From: Deltaproteobacteria bacterium
Lineage (GTDB): Bacteria > Myxococcota_A > Polyangia > Fen-1088
Direction of reading: 5' to 3'
Assembly (NCBI GenBank): GCA_033763315.1
Contig: JANRKS010000017.1
Span: 97,597-161,596, forward strand
Length of the DNA: 64,000 nt
Below, one piece after another: positions 1 to 9,134 of the stretch. Each line of letters starts with the position of its first letter. Position 1 is the stretch's first letter. The translations under genes were made by a program, and so were the position numbers. The notes beneath the pieces were generated by a model, which had not been told where the DNA came from, ran no database searches, and saw only the letters and a list, made by a program, of their open reading frames with translations.

Positions 1-24
1 GTTGAGCTGCTCGGCGTGTCGTAG
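1..24 (+). CDS. Probable 3' end of a gene entering the window, possibly an FKBP-type peptidyl-prolyl isomerase
   Basis: Frame 1 reads VELLGVS*, resembling the FEVELLxV C-terminus of FKBP PPIases. Only 7 codons are visible. Confidence 0.3.
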   Translation, partial: VELLGVS

Positions 25-40
25 ACGGCCGGGCGCCCTC

Positions 41-541
41 TCATTCCTCTAGCAACGCTCGCAACATCCACGCGGTTTTCTCGTGGATGTCCAGGCGTTG
101 GGTCAGCAGATCCGCTGTGGGCTGATCGTTGGCTTCGTCCGCCAGCGGAAAGATGCGACGTGCCGTGCGTGCCACAGCCTCGTGACCATCGGCCAAAAGG
201 CTCACCATCTCCATGGCCTTAGGCGGCGACGATGGTGCGTCTTTTAGCGAACTCAGCTTGCTAAATTGCGCGTAGGATCCGGGCGCCACGTGCCCCAAAG
301 AGCGAATGCGTTCAGCGATCGGATCCACGGCGTTCCATAGCTCCGTGTATTGGGTCATGAACATGGCGTGAAGCGTGTTGAACATGGGCCCGGTCACGTT
401 CCAGTGGAAATTGTGAGTGGTGAGATAGAGCGTGTAGGTATCGGCCAACAGTTCGGAAAGGCCTTTGGTGATCGCTTCGCGATCGCCGTCCGTGATGCCA
501 ATGTTAGGACCCGCGGCGGATTTGGATTTCTTCTTGGACAT
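41..541 (-). CDS. dps: Dps family DNA starvation/stationary phase protection protein (ferritin-like)
   Basis: Motifs [26 protein letters not shown] and [11 protein letters not shown] at 541 has an AAGGAGA RBS, giving 166 aa. Confidence 0.95.
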   Translation of the reverse strand: MSKKKSKSAAGPNIGITDGDREAITKGLSELLADTYTLYLTTHNFHWNVTGPMFNTLHAMFMTQYTELWNAVDPIAERIRSLGHVAPGSYAQFSKLSSLKDAPSSPPKAMEMVSLLADGHEAVARTARRIFPLADEANDQPTADLLTQRLDIHEKTAWMLRALLEE

Positions 542-683
542 TCGATCTCCTTGAGTGATGGCAAACTTTACGCGCGATCGCGGGCTGACGAAAGCGTCCG
601 TCGCGTGTGTGCTGAGCGTAAAGACGTGCTTCTCGGGCACAAAAGCAGAAGCAATCGAGCGCGGCTCGGGTAATGTTTCGACC

Positions 684-1544
684 ATGTATTCGGCCCCCGG
701 CTCAAGGCGCAGCACGCTCATCAACGCAGCAGCCGCCGTTGTTGGGTTGTCAGCTTCACGCCTCGCATTTGCCAGAGCCACCCAGGGAACGGTGCACTTT
801 GGACTGATACTGAAGATGAAGGAGGATCTGCAGACGAATTGGCAAGCGGCGCTGGCGCGTGTGGCAGGCTTGGGGATCAAAGAGGTAGAGTTCCCGGGCA
901 CGCTTGGAAACTCGGCCGCCGCGTGTCGCAAAGTGCTTGATGAGTTAGGGATAAGGGCGCTGGGCGGAGGCAGTGTTTACAAGGATTTGGTCGCAACGAT
1001 GGATGAGGTCCTAGAGACTTCGGCGGTGCTCGGCAAACGATACGTGTACTGTTACTGGCCTTGGCTTGACGGGGGCAAGGACAAGACGGCGGATGACTGG
1101 AAGCGTTTGGCAGGGACGATGAACCATCTGGGAGCGCGTGTGAAACGCGGTGGTCTTACGCTGGCCTACCACAACCACGACATGGAATTTCTGCCCATCG
1201 CCAACGACGCGCGTGTGCCCTTCGATTTGCTGCTGGAGCACACCGATCCATCGCTCGTGACGATGCAGCTGGATCTTTGGTGGGTGAACAAAGCGAAAGC
1301 GTCGCCAGTTCCGTTTATGAAACGGCACCCGGGACGGTTTGCGAGCTTTCACATCAAAGAGCCAAACAACACGCCCGAGGCGGGCATGGCCTGTGACGGA
1401 GGCAGTTTTACAAACATCGCGACCATCCTCCGTGCGGGAAAAGCGGCAGGGGTGAAACACTTTGTGATTGAAAACGAAGATCCCAAAGATCACTACAAGT
1501 GTGCGGCGCGCACGTTGGGTTACCTAAAGTCCCTTCACATCTGA
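684..1544 (+). CDS. Sugar phosphate isomerase/epimerase (xylose isomerase-like TIM barrel) with probable Tat signal
   Basis: Motifs [18 protein letters not shown] and VIENE. The N-terminus [16 protein letters not shown]...AFA resembles a twin-arginine signal. Confidence 0.85.
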   Translation: MYSAPGSRRSTLINAAAAVVGLSASRLAFARATQGTVHFGLILKMKEDLQTNWQAALARVAGLGIKEVEFPGTLGNSAAACRKVLDELGIRALGGGSVYKDLVATMDEVLETSAVLGKRYVYCYWPWLDGGKDKTADDWKRLAGTMNHLGARVKRGGLTLAYHNHDMEFLPIANDARVPFDLLLEHTDPSLVTMQLDLWWVNKAKASPVPFMKRHPGRFASFHIKEPNNTPEAGMACDGGSFTNIATILRAGKAAGVKHFVIENEDPKDHYKCAARTLGYLKSLHI

Positions 1545-1577
1545 TCGCATTTCGATGCAACGATACGAGGAGGTTGT

Positions 1578-2048
1578 ATGAGTTCATCAAAACCACGAGT
1601 TTCCTTGTCGGAGTTGATTGATGTGCTTGACGACGCGGAATCGTGGACGCGGTTTCACTATGTGGATCGCGACAGCGGGGCGGTGGAGACAGCGCTGACT
1701 GAAGAAGTGGATGGCGACGGCAACTTCGCCGACGTACGCCAAGATGTATCGCGGTTTGTACCGGTCAAGCCTTTGCCCAAATGGGTGCGTCTGCAGGTCC
1801 GCGAACAGTTTGTGGAACGCATCGTGGACGATCCGACCTTGCGTCTTCAACTTTTGGAGGCCTTGCGTGGGCCGCAGCCCTTGCTCGAGTTTCAAAAATA
1901 TTTGCGTCGAGACGGGCGTTTGATGGACCAATTCTTGGCGTTCCGTCTGCAAGCGTTCAACGACGCGGCCAACGCTTGGCTGGATGAAAATAAGGTGCGC
2001 GCGTCTTTGGGTGATGCTGCAAAGACGGCCGACGCGCCCCAAAACTAA
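1578..2048 (+). CDS. UPF0158 family protein
   Basis: Pattern VSLSELIDVLD...YVDRDSGAV...EQFVE...LLEALRG...AWLDEN; AGGAGG RBS. Confidence 0.7.
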   Translation: MSSSKPRVSLSELIDVLDDAESWTRFHYVDRDSGAVETALTEEVDGDGNFADVRQDVSRFVPVKPLPKWVRLQVREQFVERIVDDPTLRLQLLEALRGPQPLLEFQKYLRRDGRLMDQFLAFRLQAFNDAANAWLDENKVRASLGDAAKTADAPQN

Positions 2049-2197
2049 CGCTGTGTGCCTGCGACACGCACGCGCAAAGCCGCAAAAAACGCACTTTTCC
2101 CAACTCTTGTCATAAAGACCGGCGTACACTTACCGTCGGTTTAGGTCGACCTGGCCACGGGCTGGGTGTTTGCAGGCGCTCGAACAGGGGAGTCGCG

Positions 2198-3337
2198 ATG
2201 TATCCGCAGTCGAAGTTCTCGGGGTACGAACGAGGCAGCAACACACAGGCTTGGCAGCCTGCGCAGCCTTGGCCACAGCACCACCTTACACCGCCGCCTC
2301 CCGCCGCGCACCCTGCATGGCCTCAACCGCAAGGCGAAGTACAGTGGCCTCCGCCCTTGCGTGTGGTGCCGCAACATGAGCCGTTCTTGGCGTGCCAGTC
2401 GCCGTCGAAAGCACGCGCTTGGAAGGCCAAACTCTTTGTTTTGGCGGCTGTTTTTGGCGCCGGTGCATACGCGAGGCCGTTCCTTGAGACGCACTTTGTT
2501 GGCCTGCCCGGCGACAGCTGGGTGGTGGCCTCTTACGCCCAAGCCCAGCTTCCGTCGTGGGTGCCTTTCTTCGGCGCGCCGGTTGAGACGACGCATTTGT
2601 TCCATCCCGAGGCGCCTCACGCCGGCATTGTCACGTCGCCGCTGCCGACGCCGCGGGTGGCTCCGGTGCCAACCGCTGCTGCGCCCGCCGACCCTACAAT
2701 GCCCGCTGTAAAGGCCGCGGTCCCTGAGGCCACAGCGCCGGTGGTGGCCAAGGTGGAGGAAACGGTGGCCGAGACGCCCCCCGCCCGTCACGCCTCCAGG
2801 AAAACGCACATCGCCAAGCCTGGCCACACCCGCGTGGCAATGCGCGCGCCCGTGGTCCCTGCGCATGAGCGCCAACCTGTGAGCGAGGCAGAACCCGCTG
2901 CGCCTGAACACGCCGCCCCGCAAGCCGCTGCCCCGGCGGCGCCCGCGCCCAGCAAGCCGGAACCTGCGCCGGCACCCGATCCTTTGGAGGGGCTCCTTCG
3001 CCGCGCCATTTCGTCGTCGGCCCCGCTGGCGGCCAAAACGAGCAACACCACCAACCGCATGCGTTTTCCCGACGAAAAACCCGCTGCGACGCGCGTGGCC
3101 CCGGCCCCCGTACCCGCGCCCAAGCCCGACAGCATCACGGGTGATGTCACTTCGGCGGCAGAAGCCGCGGCGAAAGCCAATGCGGCCGCGGCGACGTCAA
3201 CACCCAAGGCCAGCGCTGTAGCTTTGCCAAAAATTCCCGGGAAGGTCCGGGTCAGCGGCGATCCCTTGGAGGGGCTGAACGGCAAAGAGATTGAAGGCAA
3301 GCGTCAAGGCAAGGGCGCCAAGCGCGCCCGGCGTTAA
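2198..3337 (+). CDS. Hypothetical Pro/Ala-rich single-pass membrane protein
   Basis: GGGGAG RBS; Pro/Gln-rich N-terminus; hydrophobic segment LFVLAAVFGAGAYA; long low-complexity tail. Confidence 0.65.
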   Translation: MYPQSKFSGYERGSNTQAWQPAQPWPQHHLTPPPPAAHPAWPQPQGEVQWPPPLRVVPQHEPFLACQSPSKARAWKAKLFVLAAVFGAGAYARPFLETHFVGLPGDSWVVASYAQAQLPSWVPFFGAPVETTHLFHPEAPHAGIVTSPLPTPRVAPVPTAAAPADPTMPAVKAAVPEATAPVVAKVEETVAETPPARHASRKTHIAKPGHTRVAMRAPVVPAHERQPVSEAEPAAPEHAAPQAAAPAAPAPSKPEPAPAPDPLEGLLRRAISSSAPLAAKTSNTTNRMRFPDEKPAATRVAPAPVPAPKPDSITGDVTSAAEAAAKANAAAATSTPKASAVALPKIPGKVRVSGDPLEGLNGKEIEGKRQGKGAKRARR

Positions 3338-3353
3338 GCGGCAGCCAGCCAAC

Positions 3354-3797
3354 CTAAGCCGGCACGACCAATTCGTCAGAGCCGGCGACGCTAAGCTGGT
3401 AATCGAAGGGCAATTTTTGAATGCCCGCGTGCTCGATGAGCAACGCCAACAGATCCGAGGTGGTGACAAGGCCGATGAGGTTGCCGTTGTCACTCAAGAC
3501 CGGCAGGGCATCGATTTTATGCTCAAGCATTTGCTCGGCGACGCGGCTAACCATGGTGGAGGCGGTGCACGTGACCGGCGCCGGCGTCATCGCCTCACCG
3601 CACGTCACCGTCAGCTCTTCGGGGCTGCCCGTAAACCGCAGCACATCGCGGTTTGACAGGATGCCAACCAGACGGCCCGAGGAGATGACTGGCAGGTGCC
3701 GGATCCGCTTTTCCTCCATGATGCGGCCCGCGACGGCAAGCTTTAGCTCCATCGGTACCACGATCACGTTTCGAGTCATTGCCGCGGCGGTTCTCAC
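3354..3797 (-). CDS. CBS domain pair protein
   Basis: Two CBS repeats: IRHLPVISSGRLVGILSNRD and IDALPVL...LIGLVTTSD. Confidence 0.9.
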   Translation of the reverse strand: MRTAAAMTRNVIVVPMELKLAVAGRIMEEKRIRHLPVISSGRLVGILSNRDVLRFTGSPEELTVTCGEAMTPAPVTCTASTMVSRVAEQMLEHKIDALPVLSDNGNLIGLVTTSDLLALLIEHAGIQKLPFDYQLSVAGSDELVVPA

Positions 3798-3919
3798 AAA
3801 GCTCCTCCATTACACAGGCAAAACCCGCGAAAAGGATTGGCCTTTCCCCAAGCTCGCGCCGTAAGGCTGCCGCATTTGAGGGGCAAAGTCCACTTTGCTG
3901 GCGAATATCGCGGGCTTTG

Positions 3920-4732
3920 TTAGGCCGGGATGAGGCCGCGGAGGTACTTCACACTCTGCACGGTCCAATCATCCTCAAGCGCGACCGTGGCGTCGATGTT
4001 CTCCTGAGGTGGCGTCCACAGCTCGATGATGGCGTTCGGATCGCGGCCCATCTTGTGGAGCTGCTCAAGCAGCCACGGCACGTTCAACATGCCTTGCCCA
4101 GCGGGGCGTCCTTCAACGGTAAAACCCATCGAATGGCTGGCTCGCACGACTGTGAATTCTTTCACATGCAGGTTCACGCACAATGGCCCCAGCGTGGCCA
4201 CGACGTGGGCTGGGCCTTCAAGCGCGCCGAAGGAGTTGACCGTGTCGAGACAAACACCACAGTGCTTGCTGCCGATCTTTTCGATCATGCGGGCAATGCT
4301 CACGGCGCTGAAACGATCATGGTTTTCTATGGCCAAGGTGACGTTGGCCTTCTCGAAAGCCGGAATCACGCCACGCACAATACCCACGACCTCGTCCGGA
4401 CTCGGGTGATGGGTTGCCGTGTCAACCACGACGCGCAGAACTTTGGAGCCAAAGCGTTGTGCGAGCGCGAGGTACGAGAGGAGGTGCGAGGGCCCGATAC
4501 CCCGCGTGCCCACTTCGACGGCCACTTCAAGCGCGTTGGCGCGTGCTTCAAGTTGCGCCAGTTCGGCCGCCGGCAGTTCATCCAGAGGGATGTTGTCTGC
4601 GATTTGCACGCGGCGCAGACCCAATTCGTGGGCGCGCTCAACCAAGCCTTGGCCTGTCATGGGTTTCGCAGGCAGACTGCCAGGAACGCCGATGGACCAA
4701 GTGTATGTATACGAGCCAATCCCGAGTTGCAT
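3920..4732 (-). CDS. Sugar phosphate isomerase/epimerase (TIM barrel)
   Basis: Metal-binding pattern LAIENHD, CLDTVNS, LHVKEF and IIELW. Confidence 0.85.
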   Translation of the reverse strand: MQLGIGSYTYTWSIGVPGSLPAKPMTGQGLVERAHELGLRRVQIADNIPLDELPAAELAQLEARANALEVAVEVGTRGIGPSHLLSYLALAQRFGSKVLRVVVDTATHHPSPDEVVGIVRGVIPAFEKANVTLAIENHDRFSAVSIARMIEKIGSKHCGVCLDTVNSFGALEGPAHVVATLGPLCVNLHVKEFTVVRASHSMGFTVEGRPAGQGMLNVPWLLEQLHKMGRDPNAIIELWTPPQENIDATVALEDDWTVQSVKYLRGLIPA

Positions 4733-4797
4733 TTACTTGTGTAACAGAAAAGCACAAAATGTATCGCCCGACAATGTGCATGTGATAGCCTTTTAAG

Positions 4798-5493
4798 ATG
4801 CTTCTCGAAAAGTTGCGCGCGGAAGTGCTCGACGCCAACCTCGAACTGCAACGTCGCGGTTTGGTGGTGTACACGTTCGGTAACGTGAGCGGCATTTCGC
4901 GTCAAGACGGGCTCGTGGTCATTAAACCGAGCGGCGTTCCCTACGACGCGATGAAGGCAGAGGATTTGGTGATCACGGATCTGGACGGAAAGGTTGTGGA
5001 GGGGAAGCTGCGTCCCTCGTCAGATCTCGCCACGCATCTGGTGCTCTACCGCGCGTTCCCTGAATTGGGAGGCGTGGTTCACACGCATTCCACCTACGCC
5101 ACCGCGTGGGCACAAAGCGGCCGTGAGATCCCTTGCTTCGGCACCACGCACGCCGATTATTTTCACGGCAGCATTCCATTGACCCAACCGCTTCGCGACG
5201 ACGAGATCAAGGGCGAGTACGAAGCAAACACCGGTAAGGGCATTGTCCGTCGCTTCGAAGCTTTGGATCCGATGAAGTTCCCTGGCGTGCTGGTGGTGGG
5301 GCACGGACCGTTTTGTTGGGGCCGCACGGCCGATGATGCCGCGCACATGGCTGTGATCATGGAAGAGCTCGCGCGCATGGCGTTTTTATCAGTGTCACTG
5401 ACGCCCTCGCTACCGCCCTTGCCGCAGGCTTTAACGGACAAGCACTTTTTGCGTAAGCACGGCCCTGGCGCCTATTACGGGCAAAGCAAATAA
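4798..5493 (+). CDS. araD: L-ribulose-5-phosphate 4-epimerase (class II aldolase fold)
   Basis: Motifs TFGNVS, IKPSGVPY, PSSD, VHTHS, GTTHADYF and KHFLRKHG...YYGQ. Confidence 0.93.
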   Translation: MLLEKLRAEVLDANLELQRRGLVVYTFGNVSGISRQDGLVVIKPSGVPYDAMKAEDLVITDLDGKVVEGKLRPSSDLATHLVLYRAFPELGGVVHTHSTYATAWAQSGREIPCFGTTHADYFHGSIPLTQPLRDDEIKGEYEANTGKGIVRRFEALDPMKFPGVLVVGHGPFCWGRTADDAAHMAVIMEELARMAFLSVSLTPSLPPLPQALTDKHFLRKHGPGAYYGQSK

Positions 5494-5514
5494 AGCGCAC
5501 CAAAGTCGGCCGCT

Positions 5515-7086
5515 TTATACGCGCGCCGACAGCTTGCGCAAGGTGGGCAGAACATCACCGAACGACGCGGGCTCCGCGTTGGGTTTGCCGAAACCGAAAT
5601 AGAGCTTCTCGTAAAGAGCGAAGAGCGCTGCATACGTTGCCTGCGCTTCAGGGTTCGGCTCGAATGTGCGGTATTTAGGGCACAAGGCCTCTTGTGCCTC
5701 TTGCACGGTGCGGAACGTGCCTGCCGCTAGGAAAGCGAATATGGCAGAGCCCAAACTTGTGACCTCGGTCTCGGGCACCAGCACTGGTTTGCCGATCACG
5801 TTGGCGTAGACCTGGTTTAGCACCGCGTTTTTCTGGGGGATGCCGCCGCCGTTGATCACGCGATCGATGCGCACGCCGTGTTGACTCATGCGTTCAAGGA
5901 TCACGCGTGTGTGCATGGCGGTGCCCTCGATCGCGGCAAACAGTTCGTCTTGCGCGGTGTGGGTCAAATTCCATCCGAACGTCACGCCGCCGAGCTCTGG
6001 GTTCACGAGCACCGTGCGATCACCATTGTCCCACGCGAGGCGTAGCAAACCTGTTTGCGCCGGCTTGTAGTGTTCCAGACCTTGCGAGAGGGCTGCCACC
6101 GTTGTGCTGGCACGCTTGGCGATGGCCTCAAAGATATCGCCCGTGGCTGAAAGGCCCGCTTCAATGCCGAAATGGTCGGGATCTACAGAGCCTTTGACCA
6201 CGCCACACAGGCCCGGAATCAAATCAACAGACTTCGCCATCGCTATGATGCAGGTTGAAGTGCCCACCACATTGACGACGTCGCCTTCGCGACAACCTGC
6301 GCCCAAGGCGTCCCAGTGAGCGTCGAACGCGCCCGTGGGGATAGGGATGCCGGCCGCAAGGCCCAACCGATCGGCCCACACGGGGCTAAGGCGCCCGGCG
6401 ATGCGGTTCGATGTGGCATAGCGCCCATTGAGGCGATCGCGCACTTGCCCCAAGAAGGGATCGACCTTGTTCAAGAACGCCTCGGAGGGCAGTCCGCCCA
6501 AAGCTTCGTTCCACAGCCATTTATGCCCCATGGCGCACACACTGCGGGGAACATCAGCGGCGTTGGTGATGCCGCACAAGACGGCGGCCACCATATCGCA
6601 GTGCTCAAGCGCGGTGACGAAGCGGCTGCGCTTGTCGGGGTTGTTGCGAAGCCAATGCAGCAGCTTTGCGAATCCCCATTCGGACGAATACACGCCACCG
6701 CACCACTTGATCGCTTCCAGATTCTCCGCGTGCGCGATGGCTGTGATTTCTGCGGCCTCAGCGTGGGCCCTGTGATCACACCACAAGTAGTAATCATCGA
6801 GTGGCTCCAGGTTTTCTCCCACGGGGATGACCGTTGAGCCCGTTGTGTCGAGCGCGAGCGCGGCCACCGCTTGACCCTCAACGCCCGCGGTGGCCAACGC
6901 CGCCCGTGTGGCTTTGGCAAGCGCCGCTAGGTGATCTTCATGTCGCTGGGTTGCGAAGTCGACGTTGTCGCGGCTGCGTTGAACGGGGTATTCGCTGCTC
7001 GCCGAACCGAGCCGCCCACGGACGCTGTCGACGATGGAAACGCGAACGCTCTGGGTGCCAAAATCAACCCCTGCAACGATGGCCAT
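5515..7086 (-). CDS. araB: Ribulokinase (FGGY carbohydrate kinase)
   Basis: Motifs GVDFGTQSVR, DTTGST, LWCDHRA, GGVYSSEW, GTSTC and WDNGDRT; adjacent to araD. Confidence 0.88.
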   Translation of the reverse strand: MAIVAGVDFGTQSVRVSIVDSVRGRLGSASSEYPVQRSRDNVDFATQRHEDHLAALAKATRAALATAGVEGQAVAALALDTTGSTVIPVGENLEPLDDYYLWCDHRAHAEAAEITAIAHAENLEAIKWCGGVYSSEWGFAKLLHWLRNNPDKRSRFVTALEHCDMVAAVLCGITNAADVPRSVCAMGHKWLWNEALGGLPSEAFLNKVDPFLGQVRDRLNGRYATSNRIAGRLSPVWADRLGLAAGIPIPTGAFDAHWDALGAGCREGDVVNVVGTSTCIIAMAKSVDLIPGLCGVVKGSVDPDHFGIEAGLSATGDIFEAIAKRASTTVAALSQGLEHYKPAQTGLLRLAWDNGDRTVLVNPELGGVTFGWNLTHTAQDELFAAIEGTAMHTRVILERMSQHGVRIDRVINGGGIPQKNAVLNQVYANVIGKPVLVPETEVTSLGSAIFAFLAAGTFRTVQEAQEALCPKYRTFEPNPEAQATYAALFALYEKLYFGFGKPNAEPASFGDVLPTLRKLSARV

Positions 7087-7278
7087 GTTGCGAACGAGTT
7101 TAGCAGCGCTATCTCACTAGGTACCATAATATTTCATGCTGTATCAGTTCTGGCGACCGGTTGGCAGGCCCTGGTCCGCGGCGCTATGCACGATGGTGCA
7201 TCAAAACGTCCGTCTATGTGCACACGCATCGTTGCATTGGTGTTTGTTTGCTTTGCGTCGCCTCTTCGTCGTTGCCTT

Positions 7279-7308
7279 GGGAAGAAAACTTAGCGCTGCG
7301 CACTCTAT
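7279..7308 (+). promoter_or_regulatory. Putative ECF sigma promoter, copy 1
   Basis: GGGAAGA-N17-CTCTAT, ending 6 nt before the GTG start at 7315. Same spacing as three other copies in the locus. Confidence 0.7.
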
Positions 7309-7314
7309 CTTTGC

Positions 7315-8490
7315 GTGCAGAACAACGCTCGTCACGCAAGGTGCGCTTTGGCTTTCGCTTTCTTGATTGGTGCGTGCTCATCGCCGCCTCCGGAGCCCGG
7401 TTCGGGCGCGGGGGGCGCGGCGGCGGGCGGGGGTGCTGGTTCAGGAAACGGTTCGGCAGGATCCGGTGGTGCAAATTCTGGTTCAGGGGGGATGCCGCCG
7501 AGCGGCGGTAGCGGGGCCGCAGGCTCCTCGAACACAACGGGGGGCAGCGGAGGAGTTGCCTCTGCAGGCGTTCTTGGTCATCCAAAAGCGGGAACGACCT
7601 ATCCGGCGCGTAACGGCTTCACGCTGGCGCTGGTGGAGGAGTTCGATGCACCTCTTGATCTCGATAAGGATCCTATCTGGACGTGGTCTGACGGCGGGCT
7701 CTCCGAAGGCGCCGTGCGCTTTGTAAAAGACGCCATATCCTTTGAAGGCGGCATGATGAAGTTGACGGCGTCGAAGTCGCAGGTGCCGGGATCCGATTCT
7801 TATGCTGAACCTGTGTCGAATGCCCCCAAGGGCTTCGTTCCCCTTAAGCCCCTAAAAAGTGGTGAGGTGCGCTCGCGGTTCAACAACTTCCGCTATGGGC
7901 GATATGAGGTTCGCCTCAAACCTCCCACATCTGATGGCAACTTTATTTCCACGTTGTTCACGTTCCGCACGCCGAAATTCGAGGACTGGCGCGAAATCGA
8001 CATTGAGATCACGGCCGACAAACCCAACACCGTGGGCACCAATGTGATCTATGCCAACAACGTGGGGGCGTGGAACGCTTCCATTCAAGAATTCGTCACC
8101 GATTTTCCTGAGGGACCTGACGCAAAAGCGCTCCCTGCGGGTTTCTCACATCAAAACGAATTTCACGAATATGCGTTTGAGTGGTTGCCAGATTCCATCA
8201 CATGGTTCGTTGATGGCGTTCCCGTGCGCGTGAAGAAGGCGGGTGCGGGTCTGAAAATCCCCGAAAAATCGGCCAAGGTCATGATGAACTTGTGGATTTT
8301 TGCGACCTCGGGCGGCTTTGGCGGTGATCCCACAAAGAATGTTTACCCGATGACCGCCCAGTACGATTGGTTTCGGTATTACCGCTGGAACAACGACAAG
8401 GATTACCCTTGCGCCAATCCACCCGGTTGCTTGCCCGCTGACGATCTGAACAAGAGCAAGAATAACCCCGACGACGGCCTCACTCCCTAG
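7315..8490 (+). CDS. GH16 family beta-glucanase (lichenase-like), lipoprotein
   Basis: Catalytic WREIDIE motif; YGRYEVRLK; FHEYAFEWLPDSITWFVDG; lipobox LIGAC followed by a Gly/Ser linker. Confidence 0.9.
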   Translation: MQNNARHARCALAFAFLIGACSSPPPEPGSGAGGAAAGGGAGSGNGSAGSGGANSGSGGMPPSGGSGAAGSSNTTGGSGGVASAGVLGHPKAGTTYPARNGFTLALVEEFDAPLDLDKDPIWTWSDGGLSEGAVRFVKDAISFEGGMMKLTASKSQVPGSDSYAEPVSNAPKGFVPLKPLKSGEVRSRFNNFRYGRYEVRLKPPTSDGNFISTLFTFRTPKFEDWREIDIEITADKPNTVGTNVIYANNVGAWNASIQEFVTDFPEGPDAKALPAGFSHQNEFHEYAFEWLPDSITWFVDGVPVRVKKAGAGLKIPEKSAKVMMNLWIFATSGGFGGDPTKNVYPMTAQYDWFRYYRWNNDKDYPCANPPGCLPADDLNKSKNNPDDGLTP

Positions 8491-8498
8491 GCGTGGCT

Positions 8499-9134
8499 AT
8501 GCGCTGCTTTGTGCCGCTGCTTGCGGCCGGTGTTTGTGCGTGCGGCGCCGATGAAGCGCTCACACGCGTGAACCATCCGGGGCCGCTCGATGAAACGTTT
8601 GCTGTGTCGTCGTTCTTCACGCCCAGTGGCTACATGGGCGATGGCGAAAACCTGGGCTTGCTCAACGGGAAAGTGAACGAAGGTTGCAAAGCCCGGCCCA
8701 CGGGCGCCCAAGGCGATTGCTACGTATTCGAGTACCGCGTCGGCGCCCTTGGGTGGGCGGGCGTTTACTGGGTTTACCCTGCAAACAACTGGGGTTCGCG
8801 TCCTGGGCGCAAAGTGCAGGGGGCAGGGTTTAAGAACGTTCGGTTGAAGGCGGCTGTCGATCCGCCGGGAACCACAGTGAACTTCGTTGTGGGTGGCATT
8901 GCCGATCCGCTGTTGCCCCACCGCGACCGCGTGTCGGCGACGACGAGCGTGAAGCTGAGCAAGGACTGGACGGATGTGGAACTTGACATTGCGGGCCAAG
9001 ACTTCTCAGAAGTGATAGGCGCCTTGGCGTGGTCAATGGCCTATCCCACGGCGTTAGGAGATCGCGGTGTGGCGCGCGTTTACCTCGACGACGTGGTGTG
9101 GGACATCAACGCCAGCAAAGTTGCGGCACCATGA
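8499..9134 (+). CDS. Lipoprotein with putative carbohydrate-binding (jelly-roll) domain, paralog 1
   Basis: Lipobox VCAC; PSGYMGD...WAGVYWVYPANNWG motif; paralogous to 19941-20552. Confidence 0.65.
   Translation: MRCFVPLLAAGVCACGADEALTRVNHPGPLDETFAVSSFFTPSGYMGDGENLGLLNGKVNEGCKARPTGAQGDCYVFEYRVGALGWAGVYWVYPANNWGSRPGRKVQGAGFKNVRLKAAVDPPGTTVNFVVGGIADPLLPHRDRVSATTSVKLSKDWTDVELDIAGQDFSEVIGALAWSMAYPTALGDRGVARVYLDDVVWDINASKVAAP

Noticed and set aside
7400-7560. Gly/Ser-rich low-complexity tracts after lipoboxes (also near 17840-18000 and 18750-18920)
   Set aside because: These are ordinary flexible linkers of lipoproteins, not DNA-level repeats.
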